Shown piece by piece: positions 12,531 through 25,329 of a stretch of 64,000 nucleotides of DNA. The notes below the pieces were generated by a model, which was not told the DNA's origin, ran no database searches, and saw nothing but the letters and a program-made list of their open reading frames with translations. The position numbers and the translations under genes are program-made. Location: the NCBI GenBank assembly GCA_964016885.1, contig OZ024746.1, forward strand, positions 45,632,001 through 45,696,000. The letters are read 5' to 3'. Origin of the DNA: Eledone cirrhosa. Its lineage: Eukaryota. The stretch's first letter is position 1. Each line of letters opens with the position of its first letter.

Positions 12531-15371
12531 TCATCATCATCATCATCATCACCGTTTTACGTCCGTTCTTCCACGCTAGCATGGGTTAGATGGGTTGTCC
12601 CGTTGTGGGCAGTAGCTGGTCGGCTGACCATGTCTTGCTCATACGGGAACTGATTCTGGCTTGATTTCTACAGCTGGATGCCCTTCCTAACACCAACCTC
12701 ATTTACAGTGAGTGCTGGGTGCTTTTTTTCCGTGGCGTCTACACGTCCACTTTACTGTGTGGGCTCGGTGCTCTTTTGCAGCGGGTGGGGGTATATTGTC
12801 TATATGCTTCAGCTTCGGCTTGTACCCGTGGGGAGTCAGGTTTTCTGTATTACTGCGTGACGCCTGAGGCCACGGTCAGGTGTCATCACCTTTGAGAGGT
12901 GTAATTGGGTAAGGTCGGCTTTTATCACCTCATCTCAGGTTTTCTTGGGTATCCCCACTCCGCGGCTTCCAGCGACTTCTAGTGCTCTGCACCTTTTTAT
13001 GCAGCTGTCATTCTTCATACGTATCACATGTCCATACCAATACAACCCCCTCTTCTGCACACATTTGATTCCTCTTATGCTCAGTCTCTCTCTCAATTCG
13101 TTTATGCTTTGTCATTCGCGTATATTACTATTACACATCCATCGAAGCATGCAGGCTTTGTTTCTTTCTAATCTACGCAAGTCTTCTACAGACAGCGCCC
13201 AGGTCTCACTACCATGTAACATTGCTGTTCGTATACACGCATCATACAGTCTGCCTTTCATTTTGAGGGGAAAACCTTTTGCAGCTAGCAGTGGCAGTAG
13301 CTCCCTCAACGTTTTCTATCCCGTTTTTACCCTAGTTATTGTACTTTCTGAACACCCACCTCCGCTGCAAATTCGGTCACCTAGGTAGCAGAAGCTATCT
13401 ACTGTTTCTACAGAGCCCTCCCAGAGTTTGGTGGTGCTTGTCTTCTGTGGCTGCTGGCTGCTTGCTGTCCCAGTGCAGCTGCTAGATGTGAAGCCTACAT
13501 TCTTAGTTAAGCTTCCTGAGATTCCACTACATCTCTTGTGTACCCATTGTTTGCATTTGAGGCAGAGGATGGAGTTCCTACCTACACGTTTCTTACATAC
13601 TGAGCAAGGTCAATTCCCTGAGGGGATCTGGGTTCTGTTTTCTCGTCTACTTACAAGGACCTTAGTCTTTGTCAGGTTGACTTTGAAACCCTTTCTTTCT
13701 AGTCCCTGCTTCCATGTTTGGAATTTCTTCTAGAGTTCTACCATAGATTCAGCTATAAGTGCAAGGTCATCTGCATACAGGAGTTCCCATGGGCATCCGG
13801 TCTTAAACTCCTCCGTTATTGCCTGCAAAACTATGATGAAGAGGTGAGGGCTAAGAACAGAGCCCTGGTGGACACCGACCTGTATGCTAAATTCCTCGCT
13901 ATAGTCATTGCTAATCCTAACTTTGCTGACTGCTCCCCTATACATGGCTTGTACAGCTTTCACAAGCCATTCATCTACTCCTAGCTTTCTAAGAGCCCAC
14001 CAGATTATAGCATGGGGAACTCTGTCAAAGGCTTTCTTCAGATTGACGAATGCCAGGTAGAGCGGCTTACTTTTAGCTAGGTACTTTTCCTGTAACTGCC
14101 TCACAAGGAAGAGGGCATCAGTGGTGCCTTTTCCTGGCACAAACCCAAATTGCATCTCATCTAGTTTTACCCAGTCCCTAATCAACTGTGCTATAACTCT
14201 TTCTGTTACTTTCATGACCTGGTCCATCAGTTTTATACCTCTATAGTTTCCTCTATCAAGTGCATCACCTTTACCCTTGTAGCAGTTGACAATGATGCTG
14301 CTGTACCAATCTTTTGGTATGACACCCTCTAGTATTACCTGGTTAACAATACGTGTGGTTATAGTGTGACCTACAGATCCAGATGCCTTCAGCATCTCGG
14401 CAGCTATACCTGATGGACCGGTTGCCTTCCTCGTCTTCATATCTTTGATTGCCTTACTTACTACACTGCTGCTGAATTGTACTGCTGGCCCCTCTATAGG
14501 GTCTACTTGGGGTAGGATCTTCCCATGCATTCTCCTCATTTAGTAATCTTTCGTAATGGCTCTTCCACACATCTTTCTTCTCAGCACTTGTGAGGGCAAG
14601 CTCACCTTTATCATTCAAGATAGACTTCTCTCCAATGACATCACAATTCTCTCTGATACACTGCTTTGCAATCTTGAACACCTCCTGTTTCTGGTCCTCA
14701 CGTTGCAAGACATGCTTGAATTTTCTATCCTCTGCTTCCCTTTTAGCTAAGTATACTTGTCGCCTAGCTTCCCTTCTGGTCTCTATGTAATGTACCCTGC
14801 TTCCCCCGTACTTCTATTCTTTCCATGCCTGTCTCTTAGCCTTAACTGCCTCATCTACCTTATTGTTCCACCACCAAGTAACTCTCCTCCTGCCAGTGGT
14901 CTTGCTCCAACCACAGATCTCATCCGTCGCCTTTAGTAAGTTATTTTTTAGGAACTCCCAGTGCTCTTCTACATTGAATGTCTGTATCTGTTCTTCTTTA
15001 CTGTCATAGATGTCGAGTAAAATATCTTTAAATCTGTTACTGGCTGAAGGGTCTTTCAGCTTCCAGTTCTTTCTTCTCCAAGTTGCCTTCTGTTTCCAAG
15101 TTCGTCTAGTTCTGACCCTGAGGTTTCTGACAACTAAGTTATGTTGGGAGGTACATTCCTCGCTAGGGAAGGGTTTTGTGTTTACGACATATCTGTCATG
15201 TCCTCTGATAAGGATAAAATCTATCTGACTAGAATGCTCCCCTGATCTATAGGTGATCAGATGTTTGTTGGGATTTTTGAAGTTTGTGTTACATATCGAC
15301 ATGTCATTGGCGTCGCAGAATTCTAGAAGAAGGCTGAAATCTTCTTCATTTCTTGTGCCAAACCCCTTATC

Positions 15372-15375
<4 letters not shown>
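12531..15375 (-). mobile_element. 5'-truncated RTE LINE with stops and frameshifts (EN C-terminus, RT, PHD-like finger, 3' UTR, (GAT)n tail)
   Basis: ORFs 14814-15374, 14454-14708, 13730-14539 (MQFGF, QGSVLSP, YADD) and 13112-13309 are collinear with the 18382-21634 protein. Flanked by TA tracts. Confidence 0.97.
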
Positions 15376-15433
<58 letters not shown>

Positions 15434-15539
15434 AAAATAAGGTTCTTTAAAAAGATATCCCACACAGGTGAAAGTATAAGGAAAAGAATTTGAAAATACA
15501 GCTAGAGTTTGCTGAAATGAATTCCTTTGTTTAATTTAG

Positions 15540-16262
15540 GCAGATTGAGTCTGGCTTTGACCAACACTGCCCTGCCTGCTCCCATTCTGCCCCCCAACCA
15601 AACAATGGTGCATGGCTCAATTCGGTAACCCCCTCATGAACCAGTACCCTTCTTGATAAGTGCATTCACATCGAAGTGGCTCAACGCCTCAACCTCGGCA
15701 TGTTTGAGCCACATAAATGCCATTGTGAAGCTGTTGTTGATGAGTTTGGCCTGCACCCATTATCATGTTACCACGACACAGGCTGGTTCCTCTGACATGC
15801 CACTCTCAATGACATGATAAGAAGGAGCCTCATGCAGCCGGCTTCCCATCACAACTGGAGCCAGTAGGCCTCAACTGTGGTGACGGCAAGCACCCCAATG
15901 GAATCACCCTCTTCCCTTTCGAAGGAGGTAAATCCCTCATCTGGGATACAACATGTGATATGTTCTCCACCTCCAACTTCGTCACCTCAGCCAGAAACTC
16001 TGGTACCACAGCTCACAATGCAACAGGAAGACAAGCAAATATCAGAGCTTGTCTGGTTGCTTCCTCTCTGCTCTGGTCACCATCAAGACCTCAGGCAATT
16101 CCAGACCCTGGAAACTTGACTTCCACCATAAACTCTATCAATAGTAGCCCATCTGAGGAAGGTGCCCCATGAGGTGGGGTGACTGTTGCAGCAAGTGTCA
16201 CCAGCCATTCTTCATAAAAATGCCTTTACTATTTTGTCCATGGGGCTCAGCCAAAACGCTGC
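15540..16262 (+). mobile_element. CRE-clade non-LTR retrotransposon 3' fragment (zinc knuckle plus restriction-like endonuclease)
   Basis: Reads GAWLN...HKCHCEAVVDEFGLHPLSC...HATLNDMIRRSL...LEPVGLNCGDGKHPNGITLFPFEGGKSLIWDTTC, which matches the EP-GL-DGKRPDG-PW-G-L-WD-T pattern of CRE-type RLE domains. Confidence 0.8.
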
Positions 16263-16917
16263 TGTGACCAAGGTGTAGAGTTTGTCACGCACTATGCTTC
16301 CCTCTTTCTTTCTTCCTTTGTCTACTAGTCCTTCCTCTTCCTCTGTTTTCCTCATTTATAGCATTTATAGTTCTTTCCAACATTGCTTTCTTTTTCTGTA
16401 TGTTTAACCAATTTATAGATGTATCAACAATATTTAAATTTATTTCCTCTGTCAGTTTTTAATTCTCATTGCTCACACCTATATACATACAACCCACCAT
16501 GTGTGCATCTACGCAGTCTTTCAAACTGTTAGAAATAGCAGCCAAATTTCTTTTATTCTATACCCTACTATCTTAAGAAAGAACACATTAGACAATGTAG
16601 TCCTAAATACAATTTGTCAGGATAGTTAAGACAAAATGGTCATAGTTGGATGACCTTTGATTATAAATGAATTCAACAATAACACTAACATCTCATATGC
16701 ATACATACACAGTCACACATACACGCACAGACAGAGATATACATACACAGTCACACATACACGCACACAGTCACACATACACGCACAGACAGAGACACAC
16801 ACACATCCTTTCTCTTCCTCTCCATCGCTCTCTTATACTCACTCACATACATACCACTCCTTTCACTCATATGCATACACATACACATATACACATGTAT
16901 AAAAAACATATATCATA

Positions 16918-16951
<34 letters not shown>

Positions 16952-18381
16952 ATGTGTGTGTGTGTATGTGTGTATATACACACACACACACACACACCTT
17001 TTTTCAGGGAGTCATTAATATATCCACTTCACTTTCCCCTACATTCTTTTCTGACCTCTGTCTGACAGCCATATGGTATTTCTCTCAAAAATGCATTTAT
17101 CATTTCTCAGACAATACAAAAAAAAAAAAAAAAAAAAGACACTCTCCTTATGACCTTCCAGCTACCAAATCATGGTCTCTACATGGTGAACAAGAAATAT
17201 TGTTATTCAACTGTTTTTGTTGTTTATTCTTTCATAATACTGTTTATTATACATCAGTCAATATTAGTTCTTGGTCTAGTTCAGCTCAACTACTATGAAA
17301 GAAGTATATGAGTCCTGTAGACATTTCACTGTTACAAATATAAATTAACAAACAAATAAATGAATGCATGAGCATTGAGCATAATGGGAAAAAAGTGTTG
17401 CATATTTTTATATTGATCAGATAAATGTAAAGTGTTAATAAATAATGACTATGTAATTCAGAAACCAAATACTAGTACTTATGTGGGGTCATATAAATGA
17501 AGAACAATTATTCTGATCATAAAACAATACTTAATATTATATAGCATTAGATAGCATCATTTAGTATATACTTTAGTATCAATTATCAGAAGAAATAACA
17601 ATTTACAATTTACAGACGCCTGATTTAATGTTGATTTAACCAATCCAATGCCCATTTGATGGATCAACTTTCAGAGATTTAATATTCTCAATTCTATGTA
17701 CATGTTTACTTATTATATACCATGTTCTTATCAATCAATGTTCAAATAACAGAAAATAGAACTGTTTTAGCAAGTAGAATTTCCATACCAAGAGAAATAT
17801 GATGTTTTTTTAGAGATTAATTTGTTGTCTTCATATATATATATATAGTCACTGTCCATCTACTTCACGAGGGACTGTGGTCAGCCACCCCAATACCTAC
17901 ATCCATCCATCTCCCCCCCCCCCCTCTCTCTCTTAGCTACATATATATATATATAAGATAAAAACTCCCCTTCATGTTTAATCACTTTCGCCAATTCATT
18001 GCTGTTCCTACTACGGTGTACCTCATGTAATCGTAACGTACACATTTTTCTATCTACTCCACGCTTCAATTTCGTACCTAGTCCAAACATCCAATCTTGC
18101 AAAATCCGAAATCTGTATTTTTTTGTTATTTATGTTAAATACGGGAGTTTTTGTCGTATTGAACAGAACAAATCTTGCATTTTTGTTTTTTTGTTAATCG
18201 CTTGTTAAACAATCCTAACCTTCCAGCTAGCTACCCAACACCCCTCCCCACACACCACCATTCTTAATACGTGGACCAATCATAAGCCAGAGCCCCCCCC
18301 CCATTATTATTATTACGCGGACCAATCATAAGCCAGAGGCCTATACTATCGCTTGCCCGGTTGCCTTTCGATATATGATGG

Positions 18382-19401
18382 ATGGATGGATGGACTGCGG
18401 AATCCTGGAGAGTGGAAGGGAGAGAAAAATCTGGACGCTCAGCGAAAATGCCAAAGTTAAAGACAAATTCACCTCGTGGACGAGAATGCGAGCACTCGTC
18501 TTTGTTTCGTCCGCTGATGGCTAACATAACCCCATCTCCCCCCGCCCCACACCGCCCCCACCCTCCAAACGCAATCCAAAACTTCAGAGTTGGTACCATA
18601 AATGTAGGCACCCTAAAGGGTCGCGCTAACGAGGTTGTAGAAATGCTTGAACGTAAGGAGGTCGATGTTTGTTGTATTCAAGAGACCAGGTGGAGGGGTG
18701 GGTCTGCTAGATTCATTGAGGGTAAAAAACGATGTTATAAGCTTTTCTGGGTGGGAAACGACGATGGGCTGGGTGGAGTAGGAATCATGGTAGCAGAAAA
18801 GTGGGCAGATAAGATAATAGACGTAAATAGAGTGAACGACAGAATAATTAAAATACGACTTGTCCTCAATAGAACTACGCTGACAGTAATATCTGCGTAC
18901 GCACCCCAATCCGGACTGCCCGGCACTATAAAAGACAGATTCTATGAGACACTGATGCTAACTACCTCCCAAATATCCGACAGTGACTATATAATTATTG
19001 CAGGCGACCTAAATGGTCACGTTGGACAACATTCTGACGGCTACGACGAAATCCATGGAGGCTATGGGTTCGGTACTAGAAATGAGGAAGGCTCCAGAAT
19101 CCTGGAATTCTGTGATGCAAATAACCTAACTATCTGTAACACTAACTTCAAAAAACGTGACAATCACCTGATCACCTATAGATCCCGGGAACACACAAGC
19201 CAGGTAGATTATATCCTTACCAGAAGACGTGACAGAGTGTCTGTTGTAAACACTAAATCCCTCCCCCATGAAGAATGCACCTCCCAACATAGACTGATAA
19301 TTAGCGACCTCATAGTCAGGACGACAACGTACTCGACAGCAGAAGAGGACTATCCTCGGGAGAAAAATATGGAAGCTAAAGGACCCCACAGCCAGAAATA
19401 A
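18382..19401 (+). pseudogene. RTE ORF N-terminal part: AP-like endonuclease (frameshift near 19327)
   Basis: EEP motifs GTINV, IQETR, SAYAP, GDLNGH, QVDYIL and SQHRL. After ~19327 homology to the minus copy continues in another frame (RKIWKLKDPTARNKF). Confidence 0.93.
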
Positions 19402-19501
19402 ATTTCAAAGCATATTATTTGATGCTTTCGACAGTAAGGAAGAACATTTAGAGTCGGACAATATAGAGGGACAGTGGGAATTTCTGAAAGCAAACCTGCT
19501 G

Positions 19502-21634
19502 ATGGCGACAGACGAAGTCTGTGGCTGGAGCAGGCCTGTAGGCAGGAGGAGAGTAACATGGTGGTGGAACAGTAAGGTGGAGGGGTCAATTAAGGCCAAA
19601 AAGCAGGCTTGGAAAGTATGGCGGGATGGGGGAAGTAGAGAAGACTATCAAGTGGCCAGGAGGGAAGCTAGGAGACAAGTGTACTTAGCAAGAAGGGAAG
19701 CAGAGGAAAGAAAGTTCAAGCATGTTCTACAACGCAAGGACCAAAAACGTGAGGTGTTCAGGATTGCTAGGCAATGCGTCAAGGAAAACCGTGATATTGT
19801 CGGGGAGAAGTGTGTACTTAACGATGATGGCAAGTGTGCCATCATCGTTAAGTACACACTTCTCGCTGATAAGAAGGTAGCTTGGAAGTGTCACTATGAA
19901 AGGCTACTAAATGAGGAGAATAAATGGGAGAAAGACAGTCTCCCCCATATCGACCCAATAGAGGGACCAGCAGTGTTAGTCGAGGGGAGTATAATAAGTA
20001 AGGCAATCAAGGATATGAAGACGGGTAAGGCGGCTGGGCCTTCGGAAATAGTTGCTGAGATGCTGAAGGCATCTGGCACGGTGGGACACACCATGGTCAC
20101 CCGCATAGTTAACCAAGTCGTACAGAATGGGGTTGTTCCGAAGGACTGGCATAGCAGCATCATCGTTAACTGTTATAAAGGTAAAGGAGACGCCCTAGAT
20201 AGGAGTAACTATAGAGGCATTAAATTAATCGACCAGGTCATGAAGGTCACGGATAAAGTAATAGCGCAACTAATCAGAGAGAGAATTGACCTAGATGAAA
20301 TGCAGTTCGGGTTTGTGTCAGGCAAAAGTACCACAGACGCTCTTTTCATTGTACGACAACTACAGGAGAAGTACCTAGCTAAAGGTAAACCCCTCTACTT
20401 AGCTTTTGTCGACTTGGAGAAAGCCTTCGACAGAGTCCCCCGCTCCATTATCTGGTGGGCTCTTAGAAAACTAGGCGTTGACGAATGGCTTGTGAGGGCT
20501 ATACAAGCCATGTATAAAGAAACAGTCAGCAAGGTTAGAATTAACAACGAATATAGTGAAGAGTTTAGCGTAAAAGTTGGCGTCCATCAGGGCTGTGTTC
20601 TCAGCCCCCTACTATTTATTATTGCCCTTCAGGCTATAACAGAGGAGTTCAAGACCGGCTGCCCATGGGAACTCCTATACGCAGACGACCTGACACTCAT
20701 AGCGGAATCAATGGCCCAGCTAGAGAAGAAATTCCAAACATGGAAGCACGGCCTAGAGTCAAAAGGACTTAAAATTAACCTGGCTAAGACTAAAGTTCTA
20801 GTTTGTAGGAAAGAAAACAAGGCGGCGGTCCCTTCTGGGAAATGGTCGTGCTCGGTGTGTAGGAAAGGCGTAGGTAGAAACTCTATTTTATGTCCTAAAT
20901 GCAAAGCATGGGTGCATAAAAGATGTAGTGGGATCACAGGTAAGCTAACTAAGAACATAGATTTTACATCTGGCCGGTGCTCTGGTGCAATAAGTAGCAG
21001 CAAGTGCCCACAAAATACTAGCTCTTTCAATTGCGCAGAGGGTTCTATAGAAATAGTGGACAGCTTCCGTTACCTGGGCGAAGAAATCAGCAGTGGGGGA
21101 GGGTGCTCTGAAAGTACAGTAGCTACAGTCAGAACTGGTTGGAAAAAGTTCAGAGAGCTTATGCCACTATTAGCTGCTAAAGGGTTCTCCCTAAAAATGA
21201 AAGGCAGGTTGTACGATGCCTGCATACGAACAGCAATGTTGCATGGCAGTGAGACCTGGGCATTGTGTGCAGAGGATATACGCAGACTAGAGAGGAACGA
21301 AGCTTGCATGCTCCGCTGGATGTGTAACAGTAATATACGTGAACGGCAAAGCATTAACGAACTAAGGAAAAAATTAGAGATAAGAGGGATCAGATGTTGT
21401 TTACTCGAGAGAAGGCTACGTAGGTATGGACACATGATGCGCATGAAAGTCGATAGCTGTATAACAAAGTGCAGGGCAATAAAGATAGACGGTAGCCACG
21501 GAATAGGCAGACCTAGAAAAACCTCGGACGAGCTGATAAACTCCGACCTCACACACTTACACCTCTCCAAGACAATGTCACTGGACCGAGACCTTTGGCG
21601 GTACTCAGTAACAGAGAAGACCCACCTTACCTAA
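19502..21634 (+). pseudogene. RTE ORF C-terminal part: reverse transcriptase plus PHD-like zinc finger
   Basis: NYRGI, MQFGF, FVDLEKAFD, GVHQGCVLSPLLF, YADD, FRYLG, then a Cys/His cluster at 20849-20980. Substitutions at normally conserved Trp positions (RRLRRYGH, RPRKTSD) suggest an inactive copy. Confidence 0.95.
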
Positions 21635-22021
21635 ATACATAGTAAAACCTACTACACCCCGTAACAAAATACACCCCGTCCCACCACCACCACCCCCACC
21701 CCATCCACATCACCCCGTTCTATGTAAAGTTATGTTGGTGCCGCGCCATCCAGGCCGAAACAAATGAGATCGTGTAGGTGTCACGACAAAAAAACACACA
21801 GTCCACGCTGTAATGTGGCCGTGTAGGCAACACGGTAAAAACCTCCCAGACCCACACTGTAAATGTGGTTGGTGTTAGGAAGGGCATCCAACTGTAGAAA
21901 ACCTGCCAGACAGTCCTACGCGAGCAAGACAATCACTCTTGCCTCAAGTGGGACTACCCCCGTCCAAACCCATGCAAGCGTGGAACACGGACGTTAAACG
22001 TTGATGATGATGATGATAATG

Positions 22022-22053
<32 letters not shown>

Positions 22054-22054
22054 T

Positions 22055-22105
<51 letters not shown>

Positions 22106-22192
22106 ATGTGTATGTGTGTGCATACTTGCAATCAAATATCCCTTGTGTTTCTTTAAAAGAGAAAAAAGGAAAATAATTATAGAAGTAATAAA

Positions 22193-22226
<34 letters not shown>

Positions 22227-22554
22227 TTGTAATGATAACAACAGTAACAATAATAATAATAATCTTCAAAAAGAACTCAGGCTGACTCTTTTAAACTTTG
22301 ATTTGATATTCCTCTGACAGCAAAGATCAGTACAAACATCCAGGGACAAGCTGACATTGCAGAGTTGATGGATTTCCAAACAAAAAGAAGTTAAAACATT
22401 ATGAGAGGGGTTGGGGAGGTGGATTAGAATTTTATTAAAGGATCCATCTTGTTACATCTGAAACAGATCAGAAGAATCCAAAGCTAGGAAAAAAATATGA
22501 ATAAAAAATATATTTTACTCATACACTAAAAAGATTGAGATCCTTTATAAGTTT

Positions 22555-22617
<63 letters not shown>

Positions 22618-22699
22618 GTACATGGTATATTGTGTGGTTAGATAGTTTGCTTCATGGTTCTGGGTTCAATCTTGATTTGCAGCACCTTGGGCAAATGTC

Positions 22700-23540
22700 T
22701 TCTACTATAACTTCCTGTTGGTTATAATTGGTGGAAGATTGATACAAGCCTGGGCAATGTGGAAGAATGTGCAGGAGCATGCAGAGACCTAAGTGCAAGC
22801 CACCTTGTTCTCCCATCAAATAGAATGGGGAAAGTATTACTTGGAAGGATAGCAAGAGAAATATGTTGAAAGAGCTATTACAACTCACAGAGATCAGTCC
22901 TGCAGTCAGCCAACTCTGCCCTGACACCAGTGAGTAAGGAGGTGGTACATGGGCCAAGAATGTCAGAAGTCTCCACCTCTACATGTTAAAAGACAAACCT
23001 ATCAAAAAGTAACTAACATTTCAATGGCTTACAATCTTCAGCTTGTCAAGCAACAAAGCTTGGGTCTATCACTGAATGCACCAGGTTGCCATTGAAGAAA
23101 GTGTTGCTTCATGTTGTATCCTAGGTGAGGGGCTTACCATTGCAGAACAGAAAGATTGTGATGTTATTTTCTCTTTTGCTGTCCACTAAGGCCAAGCTCA
23201 CTAGCTTGAGCTGCAAAGAGAGGCCAGCAGCATCCAAGCCATGCTTAATGATTCGTTGAGTGTGGCATGGTGAGGAAAGTGACCAGCAATGTGACAGCAT
23301 GACAATAAATGAAGGCTGAGGCACAGACAGTCGCTCTCTAGCTGAGTACCAGTTGATAGCAAAGGTACAGCATTTAGCTAGGCTCTATCTGGAGTGACTC
23401 TCTGCTCTCTGAGCTACACATTCTATTGAGTAACGTTACTCCAAAGACCCTAAAGAGGAACTTCATTTTAGCCACTTGTATTCATAATCATATTCTTTCA
23501 GTCTTTACCCAAGAGTCATGACAATATGTAGGGGTTTGTT
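22700..23540 (-). mobile_element. Degraded RTE-like LINE fragment next to a tRNA-SINE head (22617-22720)
   Basis: Minus-strand remnants of the C-terminal region (TLG VTLNRMCSS type). 3'-end text is shared with 31160-31580 and 44490-44810. Confidence 0.45.
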
Positions 23541-25329
23541 AACCCATTTATTGCTATATTTCTAATGAAAGGCACTAACTGATTTTAAAATAATTTTGAA
23601 AATAATTAAGAATTTGAATGGATTTAGTAATATAGGTAACTATGTCATTATTAAGCTGGTGTTTGTAACAAAACTTAACAAAGGTCTTTATATAAAATTA
23701 TAATGGAAGATTTTTAAATGAATATAAAGATTTTTAAATTAAGAGCATGGTATCATAAAACCAGTGTCAATTTCAAGTGGTTTGTTATCAAAAGGCTTAT
23801 ATATATTGTTTAATGTAATGCTGTGATCATAGATGAATGTATAACTTTAGTCATGACCCCTCAGAGCTATGATCATAGTTTGATCATAGCCCTTCAAAAC
23901 TCTGAGAGTTCCTAATTTGGGTTCATAACTCTGAGATCATAATTTGGTGACAAACCTGCAAGTATGACATGGTTACTACTAGTAAAATTGTTTTAATTTC
24001 AGAGCTCTGACAAAGGCTACTACTTCTTCATTGTATCTATCGTTGTTGAGTTGTTGACCACTTACGTCACACTAAATTTCTGATTTGAAGAAGCAACTGC
24101 TGAAGACAATTTTTCTTTTAACCTATTCAACAAAACTTTGAAGTTTTCCTGGAGCATTTTTGGAAGCTAATTAAAACATCTGGTGTTAATTGCCACCTTG
24201 TTGTGCTAATTAAAGTACCCCTGCAGTTAATTGATATCTTGTGTAAATTAAAATAACCATGATGTAACTTAATTGCCACTTGGTTATTTATTGTCTTTAA
24301 TGTCTTTGCTTAATGCAATATTTTTATTAAAATAAAGCTTCTATACGTGGTGTAGGTATGGTTGTGTGGTTAAGGATTTACATCTCAACCACATGGTAAA
24401 GGGTTGGATTTCAGTTTTGCAGCATGGTACCTTGTGCAAATATCTTTTATTATAGTGTTGGATTGACCAACGCCTTGTTAGAGGAATTTAGTTGATGGAA
24501 ACTATATAAGAATACCTGGCTCAAAACATCTTGTCCTAAATCTTGTAAGCATAGGAAAAGAAAAGATAAAAATGGTGACGATGGGTATTGATGTTATTTA
24601 GCTCTAACCAATCATTCTAACTATGACCATTCTATCTGGTTTTTTTATGTCCTTGTATTGTGTACCTACGACTACACTGTCCAATATGTTCTTCCAATAT
24701 TTTAAAGACAGTTGAGTATGCGTTCTGATATTATAGGACTGGTGTGAAAGTGTTAACTTGGTCAGATGTTTGTTGTGTCTGTACACATACACAGATTCTC
24801 ATTTTATGTTAGTAATAAGAAAATATAATTTATAATTTGGTTTTGCTGAGTGTACTTAAAGATGAAAAACACATATATGTTAGTACTAACTATAATTAGT
24901 ATAATTAGTATGTATATGCATCCATAGATATCTTTGGGTGTGGGAAGATGAGGGAACAATAAACAAAAAGAATGCAGGCTGTTTAAGAGCAGAGTAACTC
25001 TGAATAAATAAGATATCACACTGTAGACATTGGTTCCATACATCACTCTAAATATAAATTATATAGTGTAGAAAGAACCCTTAAGTCCTGTAAGACAACC
25101 ACTCTAGTCCTGGTGGTACATGATAAAATGCACTCAGTACATGCTCTAAAGTGGTTTGTAATAGGATAGGTATCCAGCCAGAAAAACTAAAAAAATGCCA
25201 ATCATTATGAAAAGCACAATTCATGACATACACATTAATTGTATATACAGGACTAGTACTAGTTATATTAGTGCTGTGCACTGTAATGGGTGGCTAACCA
25301 TTAATAGGTTAATGCATAGCCACTTTTCC

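Larger units (their letters stand above)
17848..22023 (+). mobile_element. Near full-length RTE-clade LINE
   Basis: Long putative 5' UTR, an EN+RT reading frame, a 3' UTR and a (GAT)n tail at 22003-22023, with (TA)n on both sides. The 5' boundary is inferred from the edge of the TA tract. Confidence 0.95.

Noticed and set aside
12945-13984. Plus-strand ORFs of 88-147 aa (and minus-strand ORFs within 18264-21570)
   Set aside because: They are antisense frames of RTE coding sequence.
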